From: an uncultured bacterium
GTDB lineage: Bacteria > Zhuqueibacterota > QNDG01 > DTFT01
DNA length: 64,000 bases
Assembly (NCBI GenBank): GCA_963736115.1
Contig: CAVTNR010000012.1
Coordinates: 1 to 64,000 of the forward strand
Reading direction: 5' to 3'
Shown here: positions 41,256 through 52,023 of the stretch, piece by piece
How the letters are laid out: every line of letters starts with the position of its first letter
How positions within the stretch are numbered: the stretch's first letter is position 1
Made by a program: the position numbers and the translations under genes
The notes under the pieces: model-generated
The model's input: only the letters and a program-made list of their open reading frames with translations
Databases searched by the model: none
What the model was told of the DNA's origin: nothing

Positions 41256-44051
41256 ATGAGTCCACGTTGTCGGATTCAACCGTCCATCATTCTCTTGCCG
41301 GGAATCGGCCTTATCCTTGGAGCGGGCATTCTGCCGGCGCGATCTTCCATGACTGCCGCATTGACCGGGGGACAGGCTGTCCATGCTTCTGCCGTCGGAA
41401 TGGATATGGAATCCGGATATGATCTCGGTGACGCGCCTGACGGAAGCAACGGATCCGGAGTGGTGATGACCGCATACCCCCAAGGCGGGCCTCCCGGCGT
41501 GACGGCTTCCTTTCCAACCGTATTCAGTGACGGCGTAAAACCGGCCGGTCCCCTGCACCGTTCGCCTGCAGGAACCGCTTTCCTCGGATCATCCGTATCC
41601 AATGAACAGGAAGCCGACACTGGAACCGATACGGATGGAGTGAACAACATACTGCCTTCCGCGGATTTCTCCGACCGGGATGGAGGGGACGACGGCGTCC
41701 TCATCCCGGTCGTTCTCCCCGGCTGTTCTCCTGTCTCCTTCAGCTTCACCGTCACCGTGGCTCGGCCCGGCGTCCGGCTATATGTCAACCTATGGATTGA
41801 CTGGAACCGGGACGGCGACTGGGACGATTCCCCGAAATGCCCCTCAGGCGCGACTGCGTACGAATGGGCGGTCCAGAACCAGCCGCTGTCCGGTCTGGCG
41901 GAGGGAATACACACAGTGCCATCGCCCTCCTTCATTCCGTACCATCCGGAGTCCGCCGTTCCCCTGCCGGTCTGGATGCGCGTTACGCTTTCAGAAATGC
42001 CGTGGAGCACCGAGTGGCTCTCCGGCGGAAAGGGCGCGGGATGCGGCCCGCCGGACGGATATGCTTCAGGCGAAACCGAAGATTATTGCTTCGTCCCGCT
42101 GTCCGGACAGGACTTCGATTGGGGCGATGCGCCCGCTCCCTACCCGACCCTGGATACGGACGGAGGGCCTTCGCATTTCATCACGCCCGGGCTCTGCCTC
42201 GGCCGGGCGGTGGACCCGGAAACGGAGGGCCTGGCCGATTCGCACGCCGCAGGCGACGATACCGGCGGCATGAACGACGCGGACGGCGTGACTTTCGATA
42301 CGCCGATTGAACCCGGGGCCGAGGCTTCGGTGACTGTGACCGCAACCGGGCAGGGGATCCTGAACGCCTGGATGGATTTCAACCGGGACGGTGACTGGAA
42401 CGACGTGGGCGAAAAAATCGCGGACGAACGGCCAATCGGTTCCGGGCCATTCTCGCTGGAATTCACGGTTCCCGCCGAGGCATCGCCCGGACTCTCGGTC
42501 TCGCGGTTCCGTTTCAGCCAGACCCGGGGCCTTGGCGTCTCCGGCAGCGCCCCCAACGGCGAGGTCGAGGACCATGCCTTCTCCATTGTTCCAACCGGCG
42601 GTTTTCCGCTGAAGTGGGACCAGGCGCTTCTCAAATTGCCGGTCTTCATCGAACCGGACGGTCTGGTTTTCTACTCTGACGGATGGGGGGAAGCGTCTGC
42701 GGTCGGGGACCGGGTCGTGGCCGATGACTGGATCTGCCTGGATCCGGGGCCGGTGACCGGCATCGTCTTCTGGGGCGCTTATGCGGGCTGGGATTCCGCG
42801 GCTCCGCCTCCGGAGGCGCCGGCGGCCTTTCAGATCGGGCTGTGGTCCGCGAGTCAGGCGTCCGGCGACACGGTTTTCGGAGGCCCGGCTGAACTCATCC
42901 GCCAATGGCGCGTGAACCGCTCCGCGCTCTCCGAGACAGACACAATCAAGACCTTGGAGAGCGGTAAAACCCGCTGCTTCCGCTATTCCTTCGATGTCCC
43001 GCCTTCGGACCGATTCTTCCAGGAGGCTGATTCGACCGTTTACTGGCTTTCGATCGCAGCGGTTTACGGCGGATATCCCGAGGAACACACCTGGGGATGG
43101 CTGACCCGGAATCATTATTTCCGGGATGACGCAGTTGTGATACGGGATCCGGCATTTCCCTCCATCGGATCCCGGACTCTTCAGACCGCACCCATCCAAA
43201 AGGGATGGGATATGGCCTTTCAGCTCAAAACCGACCGCTTCGAAGCCGCATTCGACTGGGGCGATGCGATGGGCAATGTTTCCTTTCCGGGGGCGGACTT
43301 TTACACACTCAGGGAATGGAACGGTGCGTGTCATTTCATCCGGCCCGGCGTCCATCTCGGATCCCGCGTGGATGCGGAAGAGGACGGACAGCCGGACGAA
43401 TCAGCGGCCGGGGACGGGGACGACGAGGACGGTGTTTTCATGCCGGAACAATTAATTCAGAACTGCATGAACGAATGCCGGGTGGAGGCATCCTGTCCCG
43501 GATTTCTGAACGGCTGGATTGATTTTCACGGGGGCGGACGATGGACGGCGGAGGGTGACCAGATTTTCCTGAACGTACAGTTGAACGCCGGGACGAACGT
43601 CCTCTCGTTCAGCGTTCCGTCGGATCTAGTCCCGACCGATCGGTATGCACGGTTCCGGTTCAGCACTGAGAGAAGCCTGAAACCGTATGGCCTGGCCGTG
43701 GACGGGGAGGCGGAGGATTATCTCGTGCATATCGCGCCCTCGGACGTCGAGGATCCGGAAGGCATCCTTCCCTTTCAAAACCGTTTGATGCAGAACTTTC
43801 CGAATCCCTTCAACCCCTCGACACGGATCGGATACAGCCTGGCCCGGCCCGGCCGCGTCAGGCTCGCTATAATCGATCTGACCGGAAGGGAAATCGCTGT
43901 GCTTATCGAATCGTCCATGCAGGCGGGAAATCACGCGGTTGTGTGGAACGGCAGGGACGGGACTGGCCGCTCGGTACCGGGCGGCCTTTATCTCTGCCGA
44001 ATCGAATCGGACGGATTCACGAAAACGCGGAAACTGCTGCTGGTGAAGTAG
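41256..44051 (+). CDS. Secreted protein with three GEVED-type domains and a T9SS/FlgD-Ig-like C-terminal domain
   Basis: Repeated D(W/L)GDA...W(I/M)D(W/F)N.DGDW...GETEDY / GEVEDH / GEAEDY; C-terminal QNFPNPFNPST...KLLLVK. Confidence 0.85.
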   Translation: MSPRCRIQPSIILLPGIGLILGAGILPARSSMTAALTGGQAVHASAVGMDMESGYDLGDAPDGSNGSGVVMTAYPQGGPPGVTASFPTVFSDGVKPAGPLHRSPAGTAFLGSSVSNEQEADTGTDTDGVNNILPSADFSDRDGGDDGVLIPVVLPGCSPVSFSFTVTVARPGVRLYVNLWIDWNRDGDWDDSPKCPSGATAYEWAVQNQPLSGLAEGIHTVPSPSFIPYHPESAVPLPVWMRVTLSEMPWSTEWLSGGKGAGCGPPDGYASGETEDYCFVPLSGQDFDWGDAPAPYPTLDTDGGPSHFITPGLCLGRAVDPETEGLADSHAAGDDTGGMNDADGVTFDTPIEPGAEASVTVTATGQGILNAWMDFNRDGDWNDVGEKIADERPIGSGPFSLEFTVPAEASPGLSVSRFRFSQTRGLGVSGSAPNGEVEDHAFSIVPTGGFPLKWDQALLKLPVFIEPDGLVFYSDGWGEASAVGDRVVADDWICLDPGPVTGIVFWGAYAGWDSAAPPPEAPAAFQIGLWSASQASGDTVFGGPAELIRQWRVNRSALSETDTIKTLESGKTRCFRYSFDVPPSDRFFQEADSTVYWLSIAAVYGGYPEEHTWGWLTRNHYFRDDAVVIRDPAFPSIGSRTLQTAPIQKGWDMAFQLKTDRFEAAFDWGDAMGNVSFPGADFYTLREWNGACHFIRPGVHLGSRVDAEEDGQPDESAAGDGDDEDGVFMPEQLIQNCMNECRVEASCPGFLNGWIDFHGGGRWTAEGDQIFLNVQLNAGTNVLSFSVPSDLVPTDRYARFRFSTERSLKPYGLAVDGEAEDYLVHIAPSDVEDPEGILPFQNRLMQNFPNPFNPSTRIGYSLARPGRVRLAIIDLTGREIAVLIESSMQAGNHAVVWNGRDGTGRSVPGGLYLCRIESDGFTKTRKLLLVK

Positions 44052-44062
44052 CGCCTGAAACG

Positions 44063-44138
44063 GAAGTGCCGGACCCTTCGAGGTGTCCGGCACTTCAAAC
44101 TCTCAAGTGCCCGGTACCCTGAAGGTGCCGGGCACTTG
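44063..44138. repeat. REP-like hairpin doublet between convergent genes
   Basis: GAAGTGCCGGAC...GTCCGGCACTTC and CAAGTGCCCGGTACC...GGTGCCGGGCACTTG. Confidence 0.65.
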
Positions 44139-44141
44139 CCA

Positions 44142-46121
44142 TTACATCAGCTTCGCAATCTCCCGACCCGGCGTCACGCGGAAAATCGACAAGGCGTCGC
44201 TCTCCGGGATAGCGATCTCCCGGTCTTCGCAGAAAGCCTTCCCCTCGATTCTCCCGCCCGGCGCCGCCGGACACACCAGGAGCAGCACTTCTCCCGCGTG
44301 CCGGATCACGGACCCCAGTCCGCCCTCGGGCAGGCGGATCGGCGGCTTTAATCCGAACGCCTCCAGATGGGCTGGTTTGAACGCTTCGGGATCCAGGTCC
44401 GGTTCCGCGGGAAAGGGGATCGGTCTTCCTTCCGAGGTCATCAGCGGCACGCCGCCCGCGAAAAGAACCGGGAAATCCCTTTTTTTAATCTGCTGAAGTC
44501 TCTCCAGAGTCTCGGCTTCCAGTACATCCGGAAACGGGCAGATCAGGCTCCGGTACAGACGGAAACCGATCCGGAAACCGTCCCGCGAAAGGCGGCCTGC
44601 CATCAGAAGCGGAGACGATGCGACGTCCATCTGGAGTCCGGCGGACGCGAGTTTCCCGATGAAGCGATGCAGGCGGTCGGTGATGGAAGCGGCTGATTCC
44701 GGGCCGGCCGCGGCGAGCGTGCAGGCGGGATACAGAACCAGCGTATCCGCGTCCGGAAAGCGGAATCCCGTCCAGGCCTCCGCCGCCTTCAGCCTGCGGT
44801 TCGCCTCATGGAACGCGTCGAGCCCGGTATCCGGCGCGCATCCGGGTCCGATGCCATCCGCGACCCACCGGAGCGAATGAAGACCGCACAGATCCGTCCA
44901 GTGCCTGATCTGTTCCGGCCCGCAGTTCCGCAGATCGGCGCGCACGAGTCCGGACCGCATCGAGGAGAAGACGCCCAGGCCCTTGGTCAGTATCATCCGG
45001 CCGTTCATGCGGCCGTCCGCTTCCCGCATCCCTTCGGCCGCGTCCACAGCCGCGAAACCGGCGGCCGCCGGATAGAGCATGCGCCATGGATCCGGAACAG
45101 ACTGGAAGGTTCCGCCGCCGGGTTCCCATCCGTGCAGCATGGCCGCGCCCATGGACCCGAAAAATCCGTGCAGGCCCGCCTGCAGATCGCGGAATCCCCC
45201 GCGCAGCAGGTCGGTCAGCAGAAAACGGTAATGGAGACGGACCGCCACATGCGACCCGTCATCGAACGGAAAAACCAGGCCTAGCAGGCGGTCCCGCAGG
45301 TCGTATCCGTATTCCGCGATGAAGCTGTTGAAAAGGGAGAGGCTGACCGGAAGTCGGCCCGGATCGCCGCCGTATCCGCCGCGGTCCCAGGTGACGCCGT
45401 CGAATAGGGCCCCGCCGTCGAACAGGGACTCGACCAGCGCGATCAGGAGGTCGTTGTTCTCCCGGCCGCCCGGGTCCGCGAACCGGGTATTGAACCTCGG
45501 AAAGGCAATGACCCGCCAATCTTCCCCGTCCGGGCAGACCGCGGAACCGAACAGGTCGATTGCCCCTGCGCGGACATCGTCGAACATCCGCATTTCTGCG
45601 CTCAGGTCCCGGACGCTGTCGCTCAGAACCGTTCCGTTGTGGAGACGGAAGGCGAACGCCTTCTCGATTCCGTCCGGCTCGAGACCGAGCCTGGCCCCGT
45701 CGGTTTCCGGCTGCCGGGGCTCTCCCCGGTAAACGCACCGGATTTCAAACTTCCCTTTCCGGACGGGCGCCATGCAGAGATTCTCCGGTCCGAAGGCCGA
45801 ACCGGCGTCCCTGAGGATGAGGAGATTCTGAATGCGCTCCCCGGTCCGGGCGATGAGCGACTGCGAGGCGGAACGGGAGTCGGCCTGGAACCAGAACCGG
45901 ATGGACCGCTTCCGCGCCCATTGCCCGGCCTGCGCCACGGCTCGGACCACCTTCCGGTCCGTCAGGTCGTACCGCAGGGTCTTTCCGGGAACGGCCAGCA
46001 CGGCCGCAACGCCCTCCTTCTGAAACGCGTCGAGGTCCGACTTCAGCGAGTGCGGATCTTCGATGCGGTCGTCTCCCCAGGGCCACACCAGAAAGGCGCC
46101 CGTGCCTCCGGAGGCGGTCAT
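44142..46121 (-). CDS. Hypothetical protein, possibly a divergent glycoside-hydrolase-like fold
   Basis: 659-aa ORF overlapping the epimerase stop; F.AEYGYDL..RL..L motif. Confidence 0.55.
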   Translation of the reverse strand: MTASGGTGAFLVWPWGDDRIEDPHSLKSDLDAFQKEGVAAVLAVPGKTLRYDLTDRKVVRAVAQAGQWARKRSIRFWFQADSRSASQSLIARTGERIQNLLILRDAGSAFGPENLCMAPVRKGKFEIRCVYRGEPRQPETDGARLGLEPDGIEKAFAFRLHNGTVLSDSVRDLSAEMRMFDDVRAGAIDLFGSAVCPDGEDWRVIAFPRFNTRFADPGGRENNDLLIALVESLFDGGALFDGVTWDRGGYGGDPGRLPVSLSLFNSFIAEYGYDLRDRLLGLVFPFDDGSHVAVRLHYRFLLTDLLRGGFRDLQAGLHGFFGSMGAAMLHGWEPGGGTFQSVPDPWRMLYPAAAGFAAVDAAEGMREADGRMNGRMILTKGLGVFSSMRSGLVRADLRNCGPEQIRHWTDLCGLHSLRWVADGIGPGCAPDTGLDAFHEANRRLKAAEAWTGFRFPDADTLVLYPACTLAAAGPESAASITDRLHRFIGKLASAGLQMDVASSPLLMAGRLSRDGFRIGFRLYRSLICPFPDVLEAETLERLQQIKKRDFPVLFAGGVPLMTSEGRPIPFPAEPDLDPEAFKPAHLEAFGLKPPIRLPEGGLGSVIRHAGEVLLLVCPAAPGGRIEGKAFCEDREIAIPESDALSIFRVTPGREIAKLM

Positions 46122-47098
46122 CCGGATTTTCCCTCGATGAGGAGTCTCAGCCCCTGCTCCAGGGTGATGCGGGGCGTCCAGCGGATTTCCCGCCGGATTT
46201 TCTCGATGTTGAGCACGCGCCTGCGGATATTGTCAATGTCGAGACGGTCCACGGTTTCGATGGGAGACGACGATCCGGCCGCGGATAGCACTTTCTCCAT
46301 GAGCGTATTGATCGTGGTCTCGATGCCCGTTCCGACGTTGTAGATCTGTCCCTCGGCCTTGGACAGGCAGCAGGCCTGCAGCGTGGCGTCCACCGCATCA
46401 TCGATGAAGACAAAGTCGCGCGTCTGTTCCCCGTCACCGTGCACCTGAAGCGGTTTGCCGTCCAGCGCGTTTTTCAGGAACCGGTCCGCCGCGCCCGACG
46501 GAATGCGGCTGTCGCGGAGCGGCGCGCCGTACACGTTCGCGTACCGGAGCACGGTGGTCGACAGCCCGAAGGTCTCATAATACGCCTTGCAGTAATTCTC
46601 CCCTGCCAGTTTCGACACCGCGAACGGACTCAGCGGATTCAGCAGGTCGTCCTCGTTGATCGGGAGGTACCGGGGATTCCCGTACACGGCGTCCGTGGAC
46701 GCATAGACGACGCGCCGGACGGATCTGGATTTCCGGGCCGCGTTGAGCATATTCAGCGTCGCGCGGACGTTCAGGTCGCAGTCCAGCACCGGATCCCGCA
46801 GGGCGATGTCGATCGACGAGCCGGCCTCGTGCAGGACCACCGTGCAGTCCGCCATGGCGTCGGCCACCTGGGCGGGATTCAGGATGCTTCCCGTGAGTAC
46901 GGTCAGCCGTTTGTTCTCGGGAAGCCGGCGCCGGTCCCCCGCGCTCCAGTCGTCCAGAACGGTGACGGCCGCGCCTTCCTCGAGCAGGACGCGGACCACC
47001 GCGGATCCGATAAAGCCGCCGCCTCCCGTGACCAACGCCCGTTCATTTTCGAAATGCGGCCTTTCGAGGGCCTGATCCTTCTTCGCTTCGATTCCCAT
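46118..47098 (-). CDS. NAD-dependent nucleotide-sugar epimerase/dehydratase
   Basis: VTGGGGFIGS; FAVSK in place of YxxxK; LRYANVYG; GDGEQTRDFV. Confidence 0.9.
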   Translation of the reverse strand: MGIEAKKDQALERPHFENERALVTGGGGFIGSAVVRVLLEEGAAVTVLDDWSAGDRRRLPENKRLTVLTGSILNPAQVADAMADCTVVLHEAGSSIDIALRDPVLDCDLNVRATLNMLNAARKSRSVRRVVYASTDAVYGNPRYLPINEDDLLNPLSPFAVSKLAGENYCKAYYETFGLSTTVLRYANVYGAPLRDSRIPSGAADRFLKNALDGKPLQVHGDGEQTRDFVFIDDAVDATLQACCLSKAEGQIYNVGTGIETTINTLMEKVLSAAGSSSPIETVDRLDIDNIRRRVLNIEKIRREIRWTPRITLEQGLRLLIEGKSG

Positions 47099-47193
47099 CG
47101 GTTTGTCCTTTTCGCTTGATGGACCGTCCGTTCCCGCTCCTGTGCTCCGGAAAGACCGGCGCCTGCGGCCGGAACGCCGGACCGGTTCCGCGT

Positions 47194-48885
47194 CTATTCC
47201 GGCGTGTAACCGGCGACCCGGTAGTTGAACTCGTACGCCAGCGCGCCGCTCCAGTCCGCGTCATACACACCCTTGTATCGCGTTCCGTCGACCGGACCCA
47301 CCGGCTTGCCGTAAGTATAGAACCAGTTCACGACCGGACTGCCGGTGAAGCCGAGGCAGATCCAGTATTTCCCCGGAGACAGAACCGGAGGCGAGGTGTC
47401 GAATGAAAAATCCACCCAGTCATAGCCCGGTTTCCGGGGAATGCCGTCCAGCGGGATGAAGTCGCTCGTGGCGATCGCGGCGCCGGGTTTGCCGCCCGCG
47501 TCCCGGACCAGTTCCACCCAGAGCTGGCCGTTCCCGCCGAAGGCGTGCAGTGCGAGACCGATGCGGCGCAGTTTCAGCGGCTTTTTGAGAACGAACACCT
47601 GCGCGTACTGGGTCATCTTGGTCGTGACGTACTCGGCCGTCTCGACGAGGAAGTTCTTCTCCATCCGGAACTCGTCGGCCGCGCCCCGCTCGGCCGGTCC
47701 GCGGGTCAGGAGAAAATCCGCGCCCGCGGGGAAATCGAGGTTGCCGAAAACGGCCCGTCGGGTGTAATTCAACCGGTCGAGCTGGTCCCGGGGGACGGTC
47801 TTCGGAGGCGGAGGCGGCGCTACGGTCACGGGGACGAATTCCGCCTTCACGTCCGGGCAGACCAGCATGTTCCGCGGACCATAGGCCTGTTTCTCCATGC
47901 TCAGGCTCACCTGGTCCGAAACAAATTCGCCTTCGATGCCCTCCTCGAAAACCGGCTGACCGCCCCGGTCACCGGACTGCGTCCACCGGACCAGCCCGTC
48001 GTTCACGGTTTCCCGGTTGTCCAGGCCGACCTCGGCCCGGATGAACCGGTTGGATACGAAGAGCTCGGTCTGCTGGGGATCAAACGGAACCCAGCCGAGA
48101 TCCGGGAAGAACACCTCGATCCAGGAATGCCGGCCCTGCCCCAGGCGGAAGGCGAACTCGCCGTCGGGCGTCTTCACGGTGTACGGCTGTTTGAGCGTGA
48201 CGCCGTTGACGATGCGGACCGGTATGCCTGCGGCCCGCATGAGCGCGGCCGCGAGGTGGGAGTAGTTCTGGCAGTTGCCCTTGCCGCTCGTGAAGCTGTA
48301 GAGCGCGTCGTACTGCTGGGGCGGCGTGACATACCGCATGTGGTCGACCACCCAGGTCAGGATGCGCTGGACGGCGTCAAATTCAGTGGTTACGCCCCTG
48401 ACCAGTTCCGCGGATCGGGACCGGATGCCCGGATCCCCGGCCTGAACCTGTTCCGTGGCCTTCAGGTATACGGCCGTGTCCGATGTTGGCCGGACCGGGG
48501 GATACGGCGCCGCGGAGCGGAGGGTCTGCAGGACGGTTCGGTTCAGCGCCGTGAACTGCATTGAAACATCGACCGCCGCGGCCGGCGCCTTCCACACCAC
48601 CCGCACCACCGCGTTGCCCCGATTGTCCGTCTCATCCTGCCGTTCGGACGGGGGGACTGAAAAGGTCAGCCGGAAATCCTCGATCCGCTGGTTGAAGGTG
48701 GGAGAATTGAAATCCCCGGGGACGACGTAACTCAACGTGAGCGATCGCGTTCCCGCCGCGGGCTGAACACGCTGGGTCAGGCGGTAACGGATGCGGGATT
48801 CCTGCCCGCCGTTGATCAGGTAGTTTTCGCCGAAAGCGGGCGCGGCCGTCAGAGCCAGGCAGAGAACCGGGACCAGTCGTTTCAT
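47194..48885 (-). CDS. Exported transglutaminase-like (Cys-His-Asp) protein
   Basis: GNCQNYSHL...GIPVRIVNG...GRHSWIEVFFPDLGWVPFDP; signal peptide. Confidence 0.88.
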   Translation of the reverse strand: MKRLVPVLCLALTAAPAFGENYLINGGQESRIRYRLTQRVQPAAGTRSLTLSYVVPGDFNSPTFNQRIEDFRLTFSVPPSERQDETDNRGNAVVRVVWKAPAAAVDVSMQFTALNRTVLQTLRSAAPYPPVRPTSDTAVYLKATEQVQAGDPGIRSRSAELVRGVTTEFDAVQRILTWVVDHMRYVTPPQQYDALYSFTSGKGNCQNYSHLAAALMRAAGIPVRIVNGVTLKQPYTVKTPDGEFAFRLGQGRHSWIEVFFPDLGWVPFDPQQTELFVSNRFIRAEVGLDNRETVNDGLVRWTQSGDRGGQPVFEEGIEGEFVSDQVSLSMEKQAYGPRNMLVCPDVKAEFVPVTVAPPPPPKTVPRDQLDRLNYTRRAVFGNLDFPAGADFLLTRGPAERGAADEFRMEKNFLVETAEYVTTKMTQYAQVFVLKKPLKLRRIGLALHAFGGNGQLWVELVRDAGGKPGAAIATSDFIPLDGIPRKPGYDWVDFSFDTSPPVLSPGKYWICLGFTGSPVVNWFYTYGKPVGPVDGTRYKGVYDADWSGALAYEFNYRVAGYTPE

Positions 48886-48914
48886 CGTCGCCTCCTTGTC
48901 CAACCGCAGACGTG

Positions 48915-51199
48915 TCACAGGCTGCGGAGAAAAAATCGGTCAGACCGTTGAACAGATGCACCCGGGTATCCTTCCCCGACAGGCCATGCTCCTTCCGCGG
49001 GTACAGCATGAGGCTGAACGGCTTGCGGCCGTTCTGGAGCGCATGCGCCATCTGCAGCGTGTTGGACGCGTGCACATTGTCGTCGGACATGCCGTGCACA
49101 AGCAGAAGACCGCCCCGGTAGCCGTCGATCCATGTCATCGGACTGCTCTCGTCATACCCTGAAGGATTGCGGGCGGGCAGACCCATGTAGCGCTCCGTCC
49201 ATATCGTATCGTAGTTCCGCAGGTCCGTCACCGGCGCCACGGCCGCGCCCGCGCGGAACACGCCCGCGCCCCGGGTCATGGCGAGGCAGGTCATCCAGCC
49301 GCCCCCGCTCCATCCCCAGATGCCGATCCGGCTGGAATCGACAAACGAAAGCGATCCGAGCCATCGCGCGGCTTCGATCTGGTCGAGCACACCGATGCCC
49401 ATGTTGCCGGCCACGAGATTCATGAAACGGTTGCCGTGCCCGAATGTGCCGCGGTTGTCCACGCTGAAAACAAGGACCCCGTGACGGAGCATGATCTGAT
49501 GCCAGCCGCTGCCCATCCCGTTGCCCCATGAATCGGACACCGTCTGCGAGGCCGGCCCGCCGTAGGTGTGGAAGAGGACGGGATACTTCCGCGTGGAATC
49601 GAAGCCGACGGGTTTGAACAGCATGGCGTTCAACTCGAGACCGTCCCGCGTGCGGAACGTCAGAAATTCCGGCGCGACCAGGTCGAATGCGTCGAGGCCG
49701 GGAAGCGCGCCGGACCGCAGGACGCGGATATCCGAGCCGTCGGACCGCCGCAGAACCGCGCGGGTCGGCGTCCGCACATTCGAAAAGGAGTCCAGAAAGT
49801 TCTCCTGATCCGGCGACAGGTTGGCCCGGTGGATTCCGGGCTCGACCGTGAGCCTTTCCGGAACGCCCCCTTCCAGGGAGACGCGATAGAAATGCCTTTC
49901 GAGCGGGGATTTCTCCGTGGCCTCGAAATAAATCCGGCCATCCGTTTCCGAAACGCCGGCCAAAGCGGTCACATCCCATCCGCCCGAGGTCAGGGGCCGG
50001 ATCAGGGCCCCGTCCGGAGCGAACAGGACCAGGTGCATCCGATCGAACCGTTCCGAGGCCCAGACGAAGCGGCCGTCCGGCAGAAAACGGACCATGTCAT
50101 TGCAGTCCACCCATCCGGCCGAATCCGTCTCCGTCAGCACGGTTCTCGTCCCGCCCTTCCGGATGTCCATGAACAGCAGGTCTAGCCGGTTCTGCTCCCG
50201 GTTCAGGCGCTGGATGGCCAGGGACTTTCCATCCGGCAGCCAACGAATGCGGGGGACATAGATGTCCGGGTCCGGACCCAGGCCGGCCCAGACAATGCGT
50301 CCGCCTTCCGCCGGAACCACGCCGATGCGGACCTTCGCGTTGGGATCTCCGGCTTTCGGGTATCGGATCCATTCGACTTTATTCAGGACGGGGATGAAAT
50401 CCGTCAGAGGGAACCGGGGTTCCCTCGAAGTGTCCAACTCCCAGAAAGCGAGGTGTTTCGAATCCGGGGACCAGGCGAATCCCGTGCGGATCGAGAACTC
50501 CTCTTCGTACACCCAGTCGAACCGGCCGATCAGGAGTTCGTCATTTCCCCCGCGGGTCAGCCGTTTCTCCCTTCCGGCACGGAGGTCCAGCACGCACAGG
50601 TTCCCTGATTTCACATACGCGACGGCACGTCCGTCCGGTGATACCGAGGCATCCCGCTCCTCTTCCGGATCTCCGGTGAGGCGGACGACGGCCCGTGGTC
50701 CGGAGGCGTAGAAAACGGAGGAATCCGCGGCCGGACGGCCGCTGTCCGTCCGTTCACGGCCTGCCGGTCCGGGGATTTCCGGATCGAAGGCCGCCGGGTC
50801 CAGAATCGCCGGATCGAGAACCACCAGGTCTAAGATCGCCAGATCCGTTCCGGAATTGAGAAGTATTCTTCTGCTGTCCGGGAACCAGGAATACCCCGGA
50901 AGCCGGAACCGTTTTTCATGACGGGATTCCGCGAAACGGGAAAGAACCGCGGAATCGAGCAGAACGGTTTCCCTGCCGGATGCGATGTCCTGAAGGATCA
51001 GGCTTCCGCCCCGATCCCGATCGGAGAAGGAAACCGCGCGGCCATCCGGCCGCCACTGAAAATCGTCCAGGGACTGCGGCTTGAGCACGCCGCTTTCATA
51101 CACATCCTCAACCGTCAGCGGTCTCTTTTCGCCGGCTTGCGCGGTTCCAGCCGCGAGTGCGGCTGCCAGCAGAATACAGATACGCGATTGAAGCCTCAT
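48915..51199 (-). CDS. S9B dipeptidyl peptidase IV family (probable 1-nt deletion near the stop)
   Basis: DWVYEEE; YPKAG; GWSGGG nucleophile; HGMSDDNVH; YP..EH; one extra T in the poly-T run gives the end DFFLRSL* at 48915. Confidence 0.92.
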
Positions 51200-51681
51200 C
51201 CCCTACCCCCGCCGTGCTTTTCCAGCCGGTCCAAACCGTCCCGCAGCGCTTCCACCCAGTCTTCAGCCGAATGCACGGCCGATTCCGGCAGACCGCCCAG
51301 AAAATTGCTGATCCTCGCGGCTGTGATGGCCCTGGCTTCCGTGATAGACCGGTTCAACGCCAGCTGAACCGCAGCACTGCCGCAGGCCATGGATGGGGCG
51401 CATCCGTCTGCGAGAAAGGACGCCCGCGTAATGCGGCCGTCCTGGATCTTGAGGAAAACCTCGAGCCTGTCTCCGCAATCATCGGTGTGGGTTCCCACCG
51501 CGTCCGCATCGTCCATACTGCCAAAATACGCGGGATCATAGGCTGTTTCAAGCGCTTTATCCGTGAACGGGCCCGAAGCCTCGCCCATCCAGTAGGCGCG
51601 GAGCCCGCCGAACACGCGTTCCAGCTCTTGGGCGTCCTCGGGATTGACTTTACCGTCATCATTCAATGAATTCTGTCTCAT
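51196..51681 (-). CDS. NifU/IscU-like Fe-S scaffold domain protein
   Basis: DDCGD; DGCAPSMACGS; GGLPESAVHSA (third scaffold Cys apparently replaced by Ser). Confidence 0.8.
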   Translation of the reverse strand: MRQNSLNDDGKVNPEDAQELERVFGGLRAYWMGEASGPFTDKALETAYDPAYFGSMDDADAVGTHTDDCGDRLEVFLKIQDGRITRASFLADGCAPSMACGSAAVQLALNRSITEARAITAARISNFLGGLPESAVHSAEDWVEALRDGLDRLEKHGGGRG

Positions 51682-52023
51682 CGAAAGGACTCCTGTAACA
51701 TGCGCCCCGCCGGTCCATCGCCCGCCTGAGAGGGGCCGCTTCTCCCGAATCCGCGCATGTAAATCGGTTCATTTTAATTTAGCCTTTTTTTCATGAAAAT
51801 CAAGGACAAAGCCTTTGGATTTGACGCCTGTTTTTCTTAAAATACAGTCGCCTCCATCACACCCCCGGGAGCTATTATGGCCGGCAAGCTCTGTCCCAAG
51901 ATCATTCTCGAAGGAACCCGTCTCACGCACAAAACCGACCTGGCATTCCGCCTGAACGAGCATCCCCGCGTGGTCGGGCCAATCGCCTCACTTCGATCCG
52001 AATCAATTACAGCCGATAAAAAC

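Noticed and set aside
48632-48914. C-terminal extension of the S9 peptidase overlapping the transglutaminase gene
   Set aside because: Explained by a 1-nt deletion in a poly-T run; restoring it gives a normal end at 48915.
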